Virus record (IMG/VR): IMGVR_UViG_3300027819_000006 | Reading direction: 5' to 3' (one strand) | From: a virus | Taxonomy: Duplodnaviria; Caudoviricetes | DNA: 64,000 bases | Shown here: positions 9,022 through 20,433 of the stretch, piece by piece | Layout: every line of letters begins with the position of its first letter | Numbering within the stretch: the stretch's first letter is position 1 | The notes under the pieces: model-generated | What the model was told of the DNA's origin: nothing | The model's input: only the letters and a program-made list of their open reading frames with translations | Databases searched by the model: none | Made by a program: the position numbers and the translations under genes

Positions 9022-10020
9022 CTATTCCTCAATATTGAAAATAATACGACTCCCATAAGAATCTATCTCAAAATGTTCTTCTGTCAAGCCTAAGCTATTC
9101 ATTGAAGCTCTTACATTCTCTTGTTTGTCTGGTTTGGCGTATAGTATTAAATATCCTCCCCCACCGGCTCCTGTAATCTTACCACCTGTTGCTCCAGCTT
9201 GTATTGCTGAATTATAAAGATTGTCAATATGCTCATTGCTTATATTACTACTAAATGTTTTCTTTAACTCCCAGTTCTTAGACATTGTTCGGCCAATAGC
9301 ATCAAAATCTCTATTTTTCAAACTAACATTTAGATGTTTAGCTAATTCTACATTTAGATGCATTGCTTCTATTACTTTTTGATTGTCAATTAAATTGCTA
9401 TTCTGTTCATTGAGCACAGAAGATGATTCTCTAGTTATTCCAGTATTAAACATTAAAATGTTTCTAGATATGCTTTTTAGCTCATCATCTGAGAAGTCAT
9501 ATCTCGATATTCCTACATAGTCATTCTTCTCAAATAGAAATCTGTTGAAACCACCAACTGATGCCCAGTATTGATCCTGAACACCGATATTACGGTTGCA
9601 CATGTTTATCTCTATATGACAAGCCTCTTTAGCTAATCTTTCTTTAGAAACTTGCTGACCATTCATAGTATATAAAGCATTCAATAGAGACACTAAAAAT
9701 GAGCTAGAAGACCCAAGTCCTGTGCCCTTTAAAGAAATATCAGAAAAACAAACTATTTCTAGTCCACAATCTATATTTAGATATTTTAAAGTATTTTTAA
9801 CAAAATCATGCTTTATCGAATTTATATTATTTACATCAACTATTTCATTTTCTGAATATTTAAGAAATATCTTATTATCTTTTCTTTTCTTAACCAGAAC
9901 ATATGTAAATTTATTTATAGAAAAACCTATACATATTCCGCCATATTTTTTAAAATATATTGGAGAATCACTTCCTCCACCGCAGAGTCCCAAACGAGTC
10001 GGAGATTTACTTAAAATCAA
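9022..10020 (-). CDS. hddA: GHMP kinase, D-glycero-alpha-D-manno-heptose-7-phosphate kinase-like
   Basis: PTRLGLCGGGSD, GTGLGSSSS, GVQDQY, KITGAGGGGY. Confidence 0.85.
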   Translation of the reverse strand: MILSKSPTRLGLCGGGSDSPIYFKKYGGICIGFSINKFTYVLVKKRKDNKIFLKYSENEIVDVNNINSIKHDFVKNTLKYLNIDCGLEIVCFSDISLKGTGLGSSSSFLVSLLNALYTMNGQQVSKERLAKEACHIEINMCNRNIGVQDQYWASVGGFNRFLFEKNDYVGISRYDFSDDELKSISRNILMFNTGITRESSSVLNEQNSNLIDNQKVIEAMHLNVELAKHLNVSLKNRDFDAIGRTMSKNWELKKTFSSNISNEHIDNLYNSAIQAGATGGKITGAGGGGYLILYAKPDKQENVRASMNSLGLTEEHFEIDSYGSRIIFNIEE

Positions 10021-10032
10021 GTTTTAAAATCC

Positions 10033-10416
10033 TTATCTTTCTAAATCATTTAGATATTCAACTAATTCGCTATATTTCTTAAACCATAGAGCTACGTTGT
10101 CTTCTATCATTTTACCTACAGCTTTTAAAGATTTTATCTGAGCTTTATCAAATTCTGAATCTCCATCTTTTGTGAAGAAAAAGAATAGAGTTTTATATGG
10201 TATCTTATTACTATCGTCTACAACTTCAGCTATAGAATAAACTCCAACTATCTTGGGAGTTATGTACTTTATCACAAATTTTTCTTTGTTTAATTTCTTC
10301 TGCTTGACATTCTGGAATCCAATCTTCTACTACAGGATTAAAATAATCAATTTTTAACTGATTAATTTATTTCTCCATTTGCTATCTGTACAAGTACCCA
10401 TTAATGCTACTTTCAT
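10033..10416 (-). pseudogene. Nucleoside 2-deoxyribosyltransferase-like gene with two frameshifts
   Basis: Three consecutive frames give MKVALMGTCTDSKWRNKLI / QLKIDYFNPVVEDWIPECQAEEIKQRKICD / YITPKIVGVYSIAEVVDDSNK; shifts near 10358 and 10272. Confidence 0.7.
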
Positions 10417-11468
10417 TGTTTACTCCTTATAGATTCTACTGTATCTTTTATCATATCGTTGATATTCTTTTTATGGTGCCAATCAAAATATTTACTTGTT
10501 TTTGTAATATCTGCTAAAGTTATTTGCGCTTGTTTCACAACGTCCGGTAAATAATCTATATTAGGCCACAGTAATTCATCATCTTTACCAGTGACATATT
10601 TTGCTACTAATCTGTATATTTCATACACACTGTAATTTTTGTTAGTGCCCACATTAAATGTTTCTGAATCTTTCATACATATTCTTTTTTCCAAAGCTAG
10701 CATGTGTAAATCTACAACATCATCTATATGAATGTAATCTCTTCTTCTACAGCGATCCCCATAGATTATTGGGTTTTCATCATTCAGCATTTTTGATGCA
10801 AATGCGCCCATTACAGGAGGGACATCACGCAAGATGTTCTGAGACTTGCCGCAGACATTGAATAATCTGAATAAAGTAGATCCAAATCCAAAATCTTTGC
10901 TCATAGACCTGACAAATTGTGATGCTGCCATTTTAGTTATAGCATAATAACCCATTGGAGTAGATGTATTAGGTGCTTGATTTTCATTAGAGGGATATGT
11001 AGAACCATAATTATATACTGTCCTTGACTCTATATCTACAACTTCTTTTGCTTCTACATATGGTATACTATCATATTCAGCACTTGTATCTGCAAAGAAA
11101 AAGTGTTTACATTCAAACTCTTTAGCTATTTTTAGCATCTGAATTGTACCATTAACATTTATATCTATAGCTTTTTCTGGATGATCATTACAGAAATTTA
11201 ATTCACCTCGTGCATGGCCACATACTACTGCATCTAATTTATCTATGCGTAATATACAGTCAAGATATTCAAATATAGTGTCATAATTTCTTGCATCTAT
11301 GACAGCAAAATGAAAATTAAGGTTGTCTTGCAAATCTTCTATATTCTTTTTAAAACCACAGCTAAGATCATCTATTCCTATCACATTATAGTTGCCATTA
11401 TTCACTAATCTTCTAGCTAAATGAGAATAGACGAAACCTGCACAGCCAGTTATTAGAATATTTTTCAT
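10413..11468 (-). CDS. NAD-dependent nucleotide-sugar epimerase/dehydratase (extended SDR)
   Basis: ILITGCAGFV, YAITK (YxxxK), RLFNVCG, RDYIHIDDV. Confidence 0.9.
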   Translation of the reverse strand: MKNILITGCAGFVYSHLARRLVNNGNYNVIGIDDLSCGFKKNIEDLQDNLNFHFAVIDARNYDTIFEYLDCILRIDKLDAVVCGHARGELNFCNDHPEKAIDINVNGTIQMLKIAKEFECKHFFFADTSAEYDSIPYVEAKEVVDIESRTVYNYGSTYPSNENQAPNTSTPMGYYAITKMAASQFVRSMSKDFGFGSTLFRLFNVCGKSQNILRDVPPVMGAFASKMLNDENPIIYGDRCRRRDYIHIDDVVDLHMLALEKRICMKDSETFNVGTNKNYSVYEIYRLVAKYVTGKDDELLWPNIDYLPDVVKQAQITLADITKTSKYFDWHHKKNINDMIKDTVESIRSKQ

Positions 11469-11728
11469 TGTTTATTCCTAAATTCTATATATCTATTTAG
11501 ACACCATATAGCTTTATTTATATCTTCTGTTTCTGATCCTTTATATGCTGCTCTACATATATATTTTATAGCATTACCCAGATGGAATCCAAAATTTTGA
11601 TCTTCCAAAAAATCTATAGTTTCAATTTTCCCTACATTATAATGTGATGGATGATTTACTTTTTCTTTTAATTGTGGAACTATAAAGCCTGTTCTATTTT
11701 CTTTATTCTTCTTTGTTGTTTTCTGCAT
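11465..11728 (-). CDS. DUF3310-family phage protein
   Basis: VNHPSHY...IETID...GNAIKY..R...K...EDI.KA.W.L. Confidence 0.85.
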   Translation of the reverse strand: MQKTTKKNKENRTGFIVPQLKEKVNHPSHYNVGKIETIDFLEDQNFGFHLGNAIKYICRAAYKGSETEDINKAIWCLNRYIEFRNKQ

Positions 11729-11930
11729 CTATTTCATCTCTTTCAGTCCAAGACATTTCAAAATATAGATCTTCCATTTTTGATAGCAATTCTTTTTCTT
11801 TTTCAGTATATTCAATTGTGTGTTCTTCTAATGCATTTTGCAAATTTTCTAGTTGTAGTCTTAATTCTCTGTATGTGTCTAATTGTAGCATTTCTCAGTT
11901 CTCCAATTGTTGCTATTAATTTATAATAAA

Positions 11931-12971
11931 TTATGACAAGCTTTTATAAATATCTAATTGTTTTTTGCCCATATCTAGTGCATAGCACATATTTTTCCAA
12001 AGTGATTTTGCATTATTACTAAAATATTCATAATCTACTTTTTTATCTGCAAATGCTTTCATTATTCTTGAATATTCATCTACATCTCCATATTTTGTCA
12101 CGAATCCTGAGTTCTGTATGCATTCTATATGTCCTTGATAATGTAATCCGTAATGACTTATTATTGGTTTACCTCTTGATTGAGCATTCCATATTGCTGA
12201 AGAATTACATTCGCCATCTTTTCTTGAGTGAGTCATCACATTTAGAGTGTTATAAAATCTATTTATTCTGTCTGTATCAATAGATTTATTTATCAATCTA
12301 TAATTTTTAATATTTAGCTTTTCAAATGATTCTTTAGCATATTCTTCTACTCCCATTATAACAAAACAAGTTTTGTCAGTTTCTATTTTAGAGTAAGCTA
12401 ATAAATTTAGATTATCAAAAGTCTGAGGATCTGGTCGACCAATATGACCGAAGACAAAAGTATCTTCGTCTATATTCAGTTCTTTTCTTAAATTTTCATT
12501 ATTCAAAGGATCTTCTACTGGATTTCTTACAACTAAATGATTTGAATCATTTTGCTTATTTACAGCATTTCTAATCCAGCTTGATACATATATTACTTTT
12601 GATATATCTATTGTCTCATCTTGATTTCCAAAAACTGAAGTAGATATAAAATGTTTGCAATGCTGTTTAATTTCTTTTATAAATGGAAACTCTGGAATGC
12701 CCGCAGAATATCTATGAGTAATAAAAGGCTTAATCTCTCTCGTTATATAAACTAGCTCTGGTCTTGATCCATAAGCAAATACTCTATCTTTACCCAATAT
12801 TTTTGAAAATTGTTCAAATCTTAAACTGTCTTTATCTGCAGGATAAAATACTGTATGAATAAAATTGCTCTCTTTATCAATAATATTCATGTGTTTACAT
12901 AGCAGTAATAACATCTCTTGTGTCCCGCCAATTCCTAAGTCTCCTATATGATGAAGTACTGTTTTTTTCAT
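11931..12971 (-). CDS. Glycosyltransferase, GT-B (GT4-like)
   Basis: LGIGGTQ, VVRNPV, FVFGHIGR, GE...AIWNAQSRGKPII. Confidence 0.8.
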   Translation of the reverse strand: MKKTVLHHIGDLGIGGTQEMLLLLCKHMNIIDKESNFIHTVFYPADKDSLRFEQFSKILGKDRVFAYGSRPELVYITREIKPFITHRYSAGIPEFPFIKEIKQHCKHFISTSVFGNQDETIDISKVIYVSSWIRNAVNKQNDSNHLVVRNPVEDPLNNENLRKELNIDEDTFVFGHIGRPDPQTFDNLNLLAYSKIETDKTCFVIMGVEEYAKESFEKLNIKNYRLINKSIDTDRINRFYNTLNVMTHSRKDGECNSSAIWNAQSRGKPIISHYGLHYQGHIECIQNSGFVTKYGDVDEYSRIMKAFADKKVDYEYFSNNAKSLWKNMCYALDMGKKQLDIYKSLS

Positions 12972-14020
12972 ACTTCATCCTTATAGATATTTTCTTTTAT
13001 TTTTATAGCTCTTTCTTTATAATATTCATCTAAATCTCTATCTAGATATTCGCCAAAAACTATATGATATATTTGAGATTGCTCAGGATATAGTTCGACA
13101 AATTTAGATATTTTTTCTCTCGATTTATTTAAAGTATATTCGCATTTCACTTCCTCTATTCTGATCAAATTATTATTTTCATCATAAATATGAAAATCAG
13201 GGATATATTTGCATGTCAATAAATCATATTTTATTTCTTCATAAGTCCATATTATATTTTTAGAATCTAAGAATATTGCTCGTTTAACTTCATATGAAGA
13301 TCTCATATTATATCCATTGTATGGATATCTGCTTTTTACTTTTATAGTGTTTTTTCTACATTTTTCACATATTCCATTTTTATTACCTTTATGAATAGGT
13401 GCAGGGCACAATGAACAAAAAACACCATGATTCTTAACTTTATCTTTAACATTAGAGCATTCTAATATTATATTTGGATAATCTTTTCTTATATGAATAG
13501 CATTCATATATTTATGTTTTGTCATCATATGTCTAGTCAGTTGCTGTTTCACTTTACTGCATATTGGACATATTAAATAATCAACGAATTCCTGTCCTGT
13601 CAGCAACTGTTTTATAATATCTAATCTTATATTTTTATTATGTTCAACTATATGCTGTTTGCTTTTTGATGCAGAGCAACTTCTGCATAAATCGCTTCTG
13701 CCAGTAGTTTCTCCACCACAATTAGAGCAGTAATATTTTTTAAGTTTTCTGCAATTATTACATTCTTCGAAACCATTAGATATAGTCCTTTTTGGAAGTA
13801 CTTTTCCACATGATATGCAGCTAATATCTTTTTTAAAATCTTCATCTCTGCATTCGACACACATATCAATATTTTTTAATACAGTATGATAATGAAGTAT
13901 TTTATTGCATGATATGCAACGAGCTCTGCTATTCAATCTACAATTTTTGCATATTTTTAAACCAGCTGCTATTGTATGATGATGAAGATTTTTATTGCAT
14001 TTTTCACATTTCTTATTCAT
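12968..14020 (-). CDS. Free-standing endonuclease: three Cys-rich repeats + zinc finger + PD-(D/E)xK domain
   Basis: Three ~27-aa CxxC...CxxCR repeats; C-terminal YIPDFHIYDENNNLIRIEEVK, nearly identical to 4099..5247. Confidence 0.75.
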   Translation of the reverse strand: MNKKCEKCNKNLHHHTIAAGLKICKNCRLNSRARCISCNKILHYHTVLKNIDMCVECRDEDFKKDISCISCGKVLPKRTISNGFEECNNCRKLKKYYCSNCGGETTGRSDLCRSCSASKSKQHIVEHNKNIRLDIIKQLLTGQEFVDYLICPICSKVKQQLTRHMMTKHKYMNAIHIRKDYPNIILECSNVKDKVKNHGVFCSLCPAPIHKGNKNGICEKCRKNTIKVKSRYPYNGYNMRSSYEVKRAIFLDSKNIIWTYEEIKYDLLTCKYIPDFHIYDENNNLIRIEEVKCEYTLNKSREKISKFVELYPEQSQIYHIVFGEYLDRDLDEYYKERAIKIKENIYKDEV

Positions 14021-14324
14021 TTCACTATATTTTCTTCTTGCTCTATAAACTCTGTCAATTTCTTATGCAAAACTTTTGCTTGCTCAATATTCATCTGTTC
14101 AAAATTTAAATCTTCTGGCACTAATATGAAACTACAGCTTTCATCTAATTTCTGTGAAGCAAAGAAATCTTGCAAGCTTTTAGATATACTCGATAACCAA
14201 TCGCTGCTATGTTTTGTTCTAGAACTATATTTAACTATGAAAAGCTTTCTATTTAGAGATAGAACAGAACATTCAGATATGAAACTATGCAAATCATTCA
14301 TAGAATTTAGTTTTTTAAATATGT

Positions 14325-14811
14325 TCATGATTTCTCCATATCTAATAAAGCTTTCTTCCATTCTGCACCAAATGCATAATTTCCTAAACCTCTATCTGAT
14401 TTAACTACTCTGTGACAAGGTATCAATATTGGCAGAATGTTCTTACTCATTATAGTTCCTACAGCTCTATATGCTTTGCTATTACATAGTTCTGCTAATT
14501 CTTTGTACGATAAAGTTTTACCTCTGTAAGTGTTTTGTATCAGTTGCTTATATTTTATAGCTAAAAGTTGAATGAGCAGTAATTCCAATGCAATAAGCTA
14601 AATTTTTATAGAATGATATTTCTTTTCCATTGTCAAAATATTCTCTGAAGTCTGATGCTATAGATTGTATAGTTTTGTTATCTAATTCTAATTCTTCTAT
14701 ACTAAATTTAACATCAGATTGTTTGAAGTCTAATAACTCTATTTTTAGAATCAAACCATCTATATAATAAACTTTTATTTTGCCAAATCTTGTGTTAAAT
14801 ATTGCTGTCAT
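14325..14811 (-). pseudogene. ogt: Methylated-DNA-protein-cysteine methyltransferase split by a frameshift
   Basis: Active site IPCHRVV, SYKELA, RAVG in 14325..14588; N-terminal domain in overlapping 14548..14811. Confidence 0.8.
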
Positions 14812-16087
14812 TGAGCATATCTAACTTCATCAGATCCTTCTTTTATCATTCTGATATTTGGAGCCTCTGGTTTTTCTATTGTCTCTTGCAAAGGTTTAAT
14901 TTCTAATTTATATCTATACCAATTTCTCTCATCTTTACTTGTTTCTTTAAAATAAACATCTTCATATCTTTTAACAGAAGCAACCCAGCCAAATTTCTGC
15001 AATTCTTCATTTATATGTGGCAATGCATGATCTATCCTATTAAAACACGGTAAATCTATTTATCCACCATTAGATGATATTCTTCTGTTAAGACTATTAA
15101 ATTCATACTCGATAGAAAACAAAACATTCTTTATTAGCTGTTCAGCATAATTTTTAGATATTTTGTGTTCTGTTTCTTTTAATTGCTGTGGAGTTGGAAT
15201 GTTCATAGATTGTCTGTAAATTTTAGAAATTGATGAATATCAGTGAAAACTTGATTATTTGCTACTATTCTGTAACCTTTTCTGTAAATATCTGATACAT
15301 TTGAAAGTAAAGATTTAACAACCTCTCCATTGATACATTCATAATAATGTATTCTTATGTTTTTATCATCTTTTTCTATAGAATACCAGCCATCTTTATG
15401 TAATAGATCATAATTCATAATTACTTGTCAAGTCCTAATTCTAATTCATGGCTCTTGACTGTCAGAATACTTTCTATCAAATTCAATCTTTCTCTTATAG
15501 CATATACTTCATTATAAAATTGCTCTATTTGTTCTGCTGAACAATTCATATCTCTTATACAATGTTCATAGCTAATTATATGATCTCTAATATTCATAAA
15601 ATCTTCAGTGACTTGCTTTTTCTGTTTATTTTTGTTCATTTTATATTTCTCCAATTAATTCAGCATTTTTGTCTATCCAATCAATATCTATAGCTTACTT
15701 GTGAAATCTGACATAGTCATTTTCACCAAAATCTATTTCATACATTTTGCTATATACAAAAGATATATTTCCTATCATCTCTATTTCTTGTCCATATCCA
15801 ATTTTAACTTTTATTCTATCATTTAACTTGAATTTATTACTGTTTTTTGGAGATATATAGCTTTCAAAAAATAGTATATTATCTTTTAATCTGATATTGT
15901 CATATTTCATGTTATCTCTCGAGTTTTGTTTTCTCTACCATACCATTTTTCTCTTTTATTAACAGCATTGTTGTATGCTTCTAAACAATTTATTAAATAT
16001 TCGGCTAATATAAAATCAGGAGTATTACTATAGTTTTCTATGGAATATTTATTTATAAGTTGCGTTAATTCTCTTTGAAAATCAATT

Positions 16088-17695
16088 TCATTCATCTTTA
16101 TAAATCCTTTCTTTAACTTTTTTAGCTGTTAATTCATATTGAAGCTCTTCTCTTTGCAAATCTCTTTTCTGTTTATCTATTGATTTTCTATGGATTATAT
16201 GATTGCCGATCAATATAAATTCTTTTTTAGCTCCAATAACTTGCTCATGCGTTTCACCACGAAACTGACATACGTTTTTATTAAATAATCTTTTTTGAGC
16301 GTCATGTTCATAATTTATCCATTTAAATCCAGACATATTCCACCCTCTAGATTGACAAAATTCTAATAATTCCTGATCAGATAGTCCATCTAAAATATTC
16401 TTTCTTGGAATAGAAATACAATCTATATTTTTATTTTGCATCTCCCATATGCACCAGTTTATCTGATTTAGAAAATGATGTTCATATGTTTCATCTGAAT
16501 CTATAAATAGAATATAATTATTTTTAGCATTCTCTAAAGATGCATTTTTTTGTATTTCAAAGTTATCTTTCCACTCTCTTTCTATAACTTTTACTTTATC
16601 TACTCCAACTTTATTTTGAAAGCTATATAGAATATTTTTAGTTCCGTCAGAAGATTTGCTATCTATTACAGATACAAATTCATTATTTATATATAGCTCT
16701 ATATTATCTAAAGTTCTTTTAATAGTTTCTTTGTCACTTCTTGCAATGTTGCAAATACTATATTTTACATCTGGCTTTTTATGATGTTCATACAAATACA
16801 TAAACTTGTCAAACACATCTTGAACTTCTGCATTTACATTAGTTTCTACATATAAATTATTGTAAATTTCTGAACTTCTCTGTGGCAAGTGCACTGGCAA
16901 GAAAAACGTGTTTTTTGTATAGATGCATACAGTTGGTATTCTATTTCTTGCTGCAACTTCCCACAGCCAACTATTGGTTGCTATACATCCTTGAGCGTAT
17001 TCTTGAATTAGTGCTATAGTTTCTTCTACAGACAATCCCATAGCATCAAAATATTCTACTTCTTTATTCAATGCTTCTTTTAATCCATAATCTTCATCGT
17101 TTATTCCTACTAGCATTGGAGTAAATTCATTTTCATATAACTTTCTACAAATAGAAACCCATTTTTCTTTTGATAAAAATCTACCCTGCTGTAAATCAAC
17201 ATCAAATCCCTCAGGAGAACCACTAGATGTGATAGGATTAATAATGACATATTTATATTTTAATCGTAATTTTAAATTTTTACATCTATTTGGTTCATCC
17301 AAATATTTTCTTAGTCTTATATGAGGGTAATATTCAGTTTTATATTTATAGAAATCTTCCATATCATAATTTGAAATGAAAGAGGGAGTTTCATTGTTAA
17401 AAATTTCAGCACAGAAACATGCATCAATGAGCATGTCGCCATCTTTCAATATAGATTTTTTCAACCATTCTTTGAAATATTCTACTTGTGAATGATTTGT
17501 GAAATTTTTTATTACAGAAGATTTATATCCTTCTCTTGTAGCTTGTTCTTTACATAAAATAGGACTTTTACCCCAGCCGCCAAAATAGAAAACTATCTCA
17601 TGATCTGAATGTTTTTCTTTTATAGATTTACATCTAGTCAAGAAAGATAGAAAATCTCCATAGCCTGCCATATGTAAAATCACTATTTTATTCAT
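16088..17695 (-). CDS. Fused glycosyltransferase: GT9 (heptosyltransferase-like) + GT2
   Basis: N-terminal GYGD...H.I, EKW, LEETI-like/A..CIATNS; C-terminal D..SSDGT, F..QKN.SL, LFIDSDE, GETHE. Confidence 0.7.
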   Translation of the reverse strand: MNKIVILHMAGYGDFLSFLTRCKSIKEKHSDHEIVFYFGGWGKSPILCKEQATREGYKSSVIKNFTNHSQVEYFKEWLKKSILKDGDMLIDACFCAEIFNNETPSFISNYDMEDFYKYKTEYYPHIRLRKYLDEPNRCKNLKLRLKYKYVIINPITSSGSPEGFDVDLQQGRFLSKEKWVSICRKLYENEFTPMLVGINDEDYGLKEALNKEVEYFDAMGLSVEETIALIQEYAQGCIATNSWLWEVAARNRIPTVCIYTKNTFFLPVHLPQRSSEIYNNLYVETNVNAEVQDVFDKFMYLYEHHKKPDVKYSICNIARSDKETIKRTLDNIELYINNEFVSVIDSKSSDGTKNILYSFQNKVGVDKVKVIEREWKDNFEIQKNASLENAKNNYILFIDSDETYEHHFLNQINWCIWEMQNKNIDCISIPRKNILDGLSDQELLEFCQSRGWNMSGFKWINYEHDAQKRLFNKNVCQFRGETHEQVIGAKKEFILIGNHIIHRKSIDKQKRDLQREELQYELTAKKVKERIYKDE

Positions 17696-18705
17696 TTATT
17701 TAACTCTATTGTCAAGAAATTATCTGCATTTCTAATATTATAATTTAAATGAGACATTATCCATCTATCTAAACAAATATTAGTATCTTCTATTTCTTTT
17801 TCTGCATATACTATCGTAGGATTTTGCATGCAAAGAGTAAAATCTTTATCTAAGTAGTGCTTTCCAGTATGAATAAATAAAAGTTTATTTTTAAGTATGT
17901 CTGTAACACCAGTATAAGAATATATGTTGCATTTTCTATGATTTAATGATATAGCTCCATATCTTTGAATACTATTATAATTAGAGTATTTATCTGGTCT
18001 AAAACTTTTTCTTTGCTCTATAGAAGCCAATACTTTATGTGAACATAATAGATTTATAGTATCTAAACTTTTATTTTCTGACCACTTACTATACAAATGA
18101 TCTATGTTGTCGATTGAATTGACATGTAATTTATATGAGCAAGCTATAATTCTATCTATGCAAGAAGATTCTATATCATAAAATGAATTTTCAGCGATTA
18201 TAGTAGAAAATTCAACTTCTGCATCTAATCTATTATATGATTTGAAATTTTTACTAACATCATCTTTAGATATCCATCTCTGTCTTAACTTTCTAGTCTG
18301 AATAGAAATCTCTCTATCTATTATTGAGACCTTGTTACATTTACAACCATTCAAACTTAAATCTCTTATACTGCAGCTACAGCTATTTTTATAATATATT
18401 GGAATCGTTCTATTCGTATTAGTACATATCCGTATGTTAAACAAGTTATGACAAAAACTTCTATACATTCTAACCCATATTGACAATGCTAAAGATTTGA
18501 AATATTCATCAGCATAATCAGATTTATTCAGAACACTAAAATTATCTAATATTCTCTTTATTGCAATTTTATGATATAATGATTTATTGAAACCCCTTAA
18601 AAATGACTGCTCTATTAGACTTATCCATTTTTCTGGTTTGTTATTATATTCATCTAATAGCTTATTTTCATAATCTTCTATATTAATTTTGCTCTGCATT
18701 GACAT
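17692..18705 (-). CDS. Hypothetical protein with internal CxC-x9-CxC motif
   Basis: CSCSIRDLSLNGCKC at 18337-18381. Confidence 0.55.
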   Translation of the reverse strand: MSMQSKINIEDYENKLLDEYNNKPEKWISLIEQSFLRGFNKSLYHKIAIKRILDNFSVLNKSDYADEYFKSLALSIWVRMYRSFCHNLFNIRICTNTNRTIPIYYKNSCSCSIRDLSLNGCKCNKVSIIDREISIQTRKLRQRWISKDDVSKNFKSYNRLDAEVEFSTIIAENSFYDIESSCIDRIIACSYKLHVNSIDNIDHLYSKWSENKSLDTINLLCSHKVLASIEQRKSFRPDKYSNYNSIQRYGAISLNHRKCNIYSYTGVTDILKNKLLFIHTGKHYLDKDFTLCMQNPTIVYAEKEIEDTNICLDRWIMSHLNYNIRNADNFLTIELNK

Positions 18706-19067
18706 CCAATAGACATTAGAATATTCAAATCACAGCTACATTTCATATCATCAAACATTTTAACTACTTCTACATAATCTTCATCTTTTTCAAAATCTAG
18801 AGCATCATCTTCATCAAATATAGCATACTCATAATAGTCTTCTAACATTATATTATATGTAGTCTTATTCATAGCATATATTATTATTTTTGATATTTGA
18901 TCATTATCAAACTCAGCATTCAAACAATAAGTAATGTCCCAACTATTCAAACTAGCTGCATCAAAAATAGATTCTATACTAGAATAGATGTCATTTTTAT
19001 CAGAAGTACTAGTTAATTCTGTGTCTTTATAGTAGAGCTGTAGAATATCTGTAATATCTAATTTCAT
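18678..19067 (-). CDS. Acidic hypothetical protein with C-terminal CxC-x9-CxC motif
   Basis: Ends CSCDLNILMSIGCQCRAKLI. Confidence 0.6.
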   Translation of the reverse strand: MKLDITDILQLYYKDTELTSTSDKNDIYSSIESIFDAASLNSWDITYCLNAEFDNDQISKIIIYAMNKTTYNIMLEDYYEYAIFDEDDALDFEKDEDYVEVVKMFDDMKCSCDLNILMSIGCQCRAKLI

Positions 19068-19253
19068 TGATGCAAGCTCTCTTCTAATAACTTAAAATTT
19101 TTGTTCAGCGATTCAATTATAGAAGTTATTTGTAGTTCTGTGTATGACTTGTTTAATCTCTTTTTGCTATTTTTTAAACTTTCAAATACCAAAGATGCTG
19201 TACACAAATTATCTATTGTTTTTTCTACAATAGATCTATCTAAAGCAATTTTG

Positions 19254-19736
19254 TCATCCATTGATCTTTTCTATTATGTTAGTTGTTGAAACTCCTTCAA
19301 TCATTGTAAATTGTAATACTTTTCCACCATATGATTTAACATAGTCTGAGCCTATTATTTTCTTTACAGAATATTCTGAACCCTTTACAAGAACATCTGG
19401 TTTGACAGATTTAACTAAATTTAACACAGATTTATCATTGAATGCTACTATATAATCAACAAATGATATAGCAGATAGTACTTTACTTCTGTTTTCTAAA
19501 TTGTTTATTGGTCTGTCTGGTTCTTTATTCTGTTTAGTAGATTTATCTGAATTTATTCCTACTATAACTATATTGTTAGCATTTATATTTTTGCAGAAAT
19601 TTAATAGGTCAGTATGCCCTGCGTGGATCAGATCCCAGATTCCATTAGTAAATATGACAGTTTTATTGCTGAATTTTGCATTCTGTATGCTGAATAATAA
19701 ACTCTTTAGATCGACAATTTTTTCTCTATATCTCAT
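19254..19736 (-). CDS. Heptose-1-phosphate nucleotidyltransferase (RfaE/HldE domain II, HxGH cytidylyltransferase-like)
   Basis: FTNGIWDLIHAGH, VGINSD.S...K...RPI, LVKGSEY, GVSTT.II. Confidence 0.88.
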   Translation of the reverse strand: MRYREKIVDLKSLLFSIQNAKFSNKTVIFTNGIWDLIHAGHTDLLNFCKNINANNIVIVGINSDKSTKQNKEPDRPINNLENRSKVLSAISFVDYIVAFNDKSVLNLVKSVKPDVLVKGSEYSVKKIIGSDYVKSYGGKVLQFTMIEGVSTTNIIEKING

Positions 19737-19857
19737 TTTTGTTCTCTATATACAAAACTTTCTAATTCATTATCATACAAAAATATTAATCTGTATTTCA
19801 ATTTCGAAATTTCTTCTTCTGTTTTTATTGGTATGATAGATATTATCTTTTCTGATA

Positions 19858-20433
19858 CTAAATTTGATTTTTGCATTGGCAACCTTTTAATATTAAAGTG
19901 TCTATGTCACAAGTGCATCTATTAATTAAGGGTATTTTTATATGTAATTTATGCATTCTATCAGACCTTACTATAGCGTCACATTCTTCTATCAGTTTTG
20001 CAGATTTATTTTTACCATTTTTATACAAGTGCATTGCATCTTCAGATGGAGAAATTACAAACAATGGAGCAAAAATTTTTTGAATTTCATTGAGATTATT
20101 TTTATCATAATTACTTTTTTTGAATTTTGCTATATCTTGAGAAGTTTCTATGTTAGTTTTTAATCTTCTTTCTATCATAGGTACTCCGATAAAATCATCT
20201 ATACAAACATTTAACATTATATCATTCATCATATTATCTTCAGAAGTAATTTTCCATATGTTTATATTTGATTGACATTCAAAACAATCACAGCTATGAA
20301 TTTTATATTCTGGCATTACATGCTGACTATAATATATGGCAGCATACTGATTAATTACAGAATATATAAATCCTTTTACAAATGATTTAGATTCACTTTG
20401 AAAATGTTTATTAACATACTCTTCTAATGTCAT
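19858..20433 (-). CDS. Hypothetical protein with C-terminal CxC-x9-CxC motif
   Basis: Ends CTCDIDTLILKGCQCKNQI. Confidence 0.6.
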   Translation of the reverse strand: MTLEEYVNKHFQSESKSFVKGFIYSVINQYAAIYYSQHVMPEYKIHSCDCFECQSNINIWKITSEDNMMNDIMLNVCIDDFIGVPMIERRLKTNIETSQDIAKFKKSNYDKNNLNEIQKIFAPLFVISPSEDAMHLYKNGKNKSAKLIEECDAIVRSDRMHKLHIKIPLINRCTCDIDTLILKGCQCKNQI

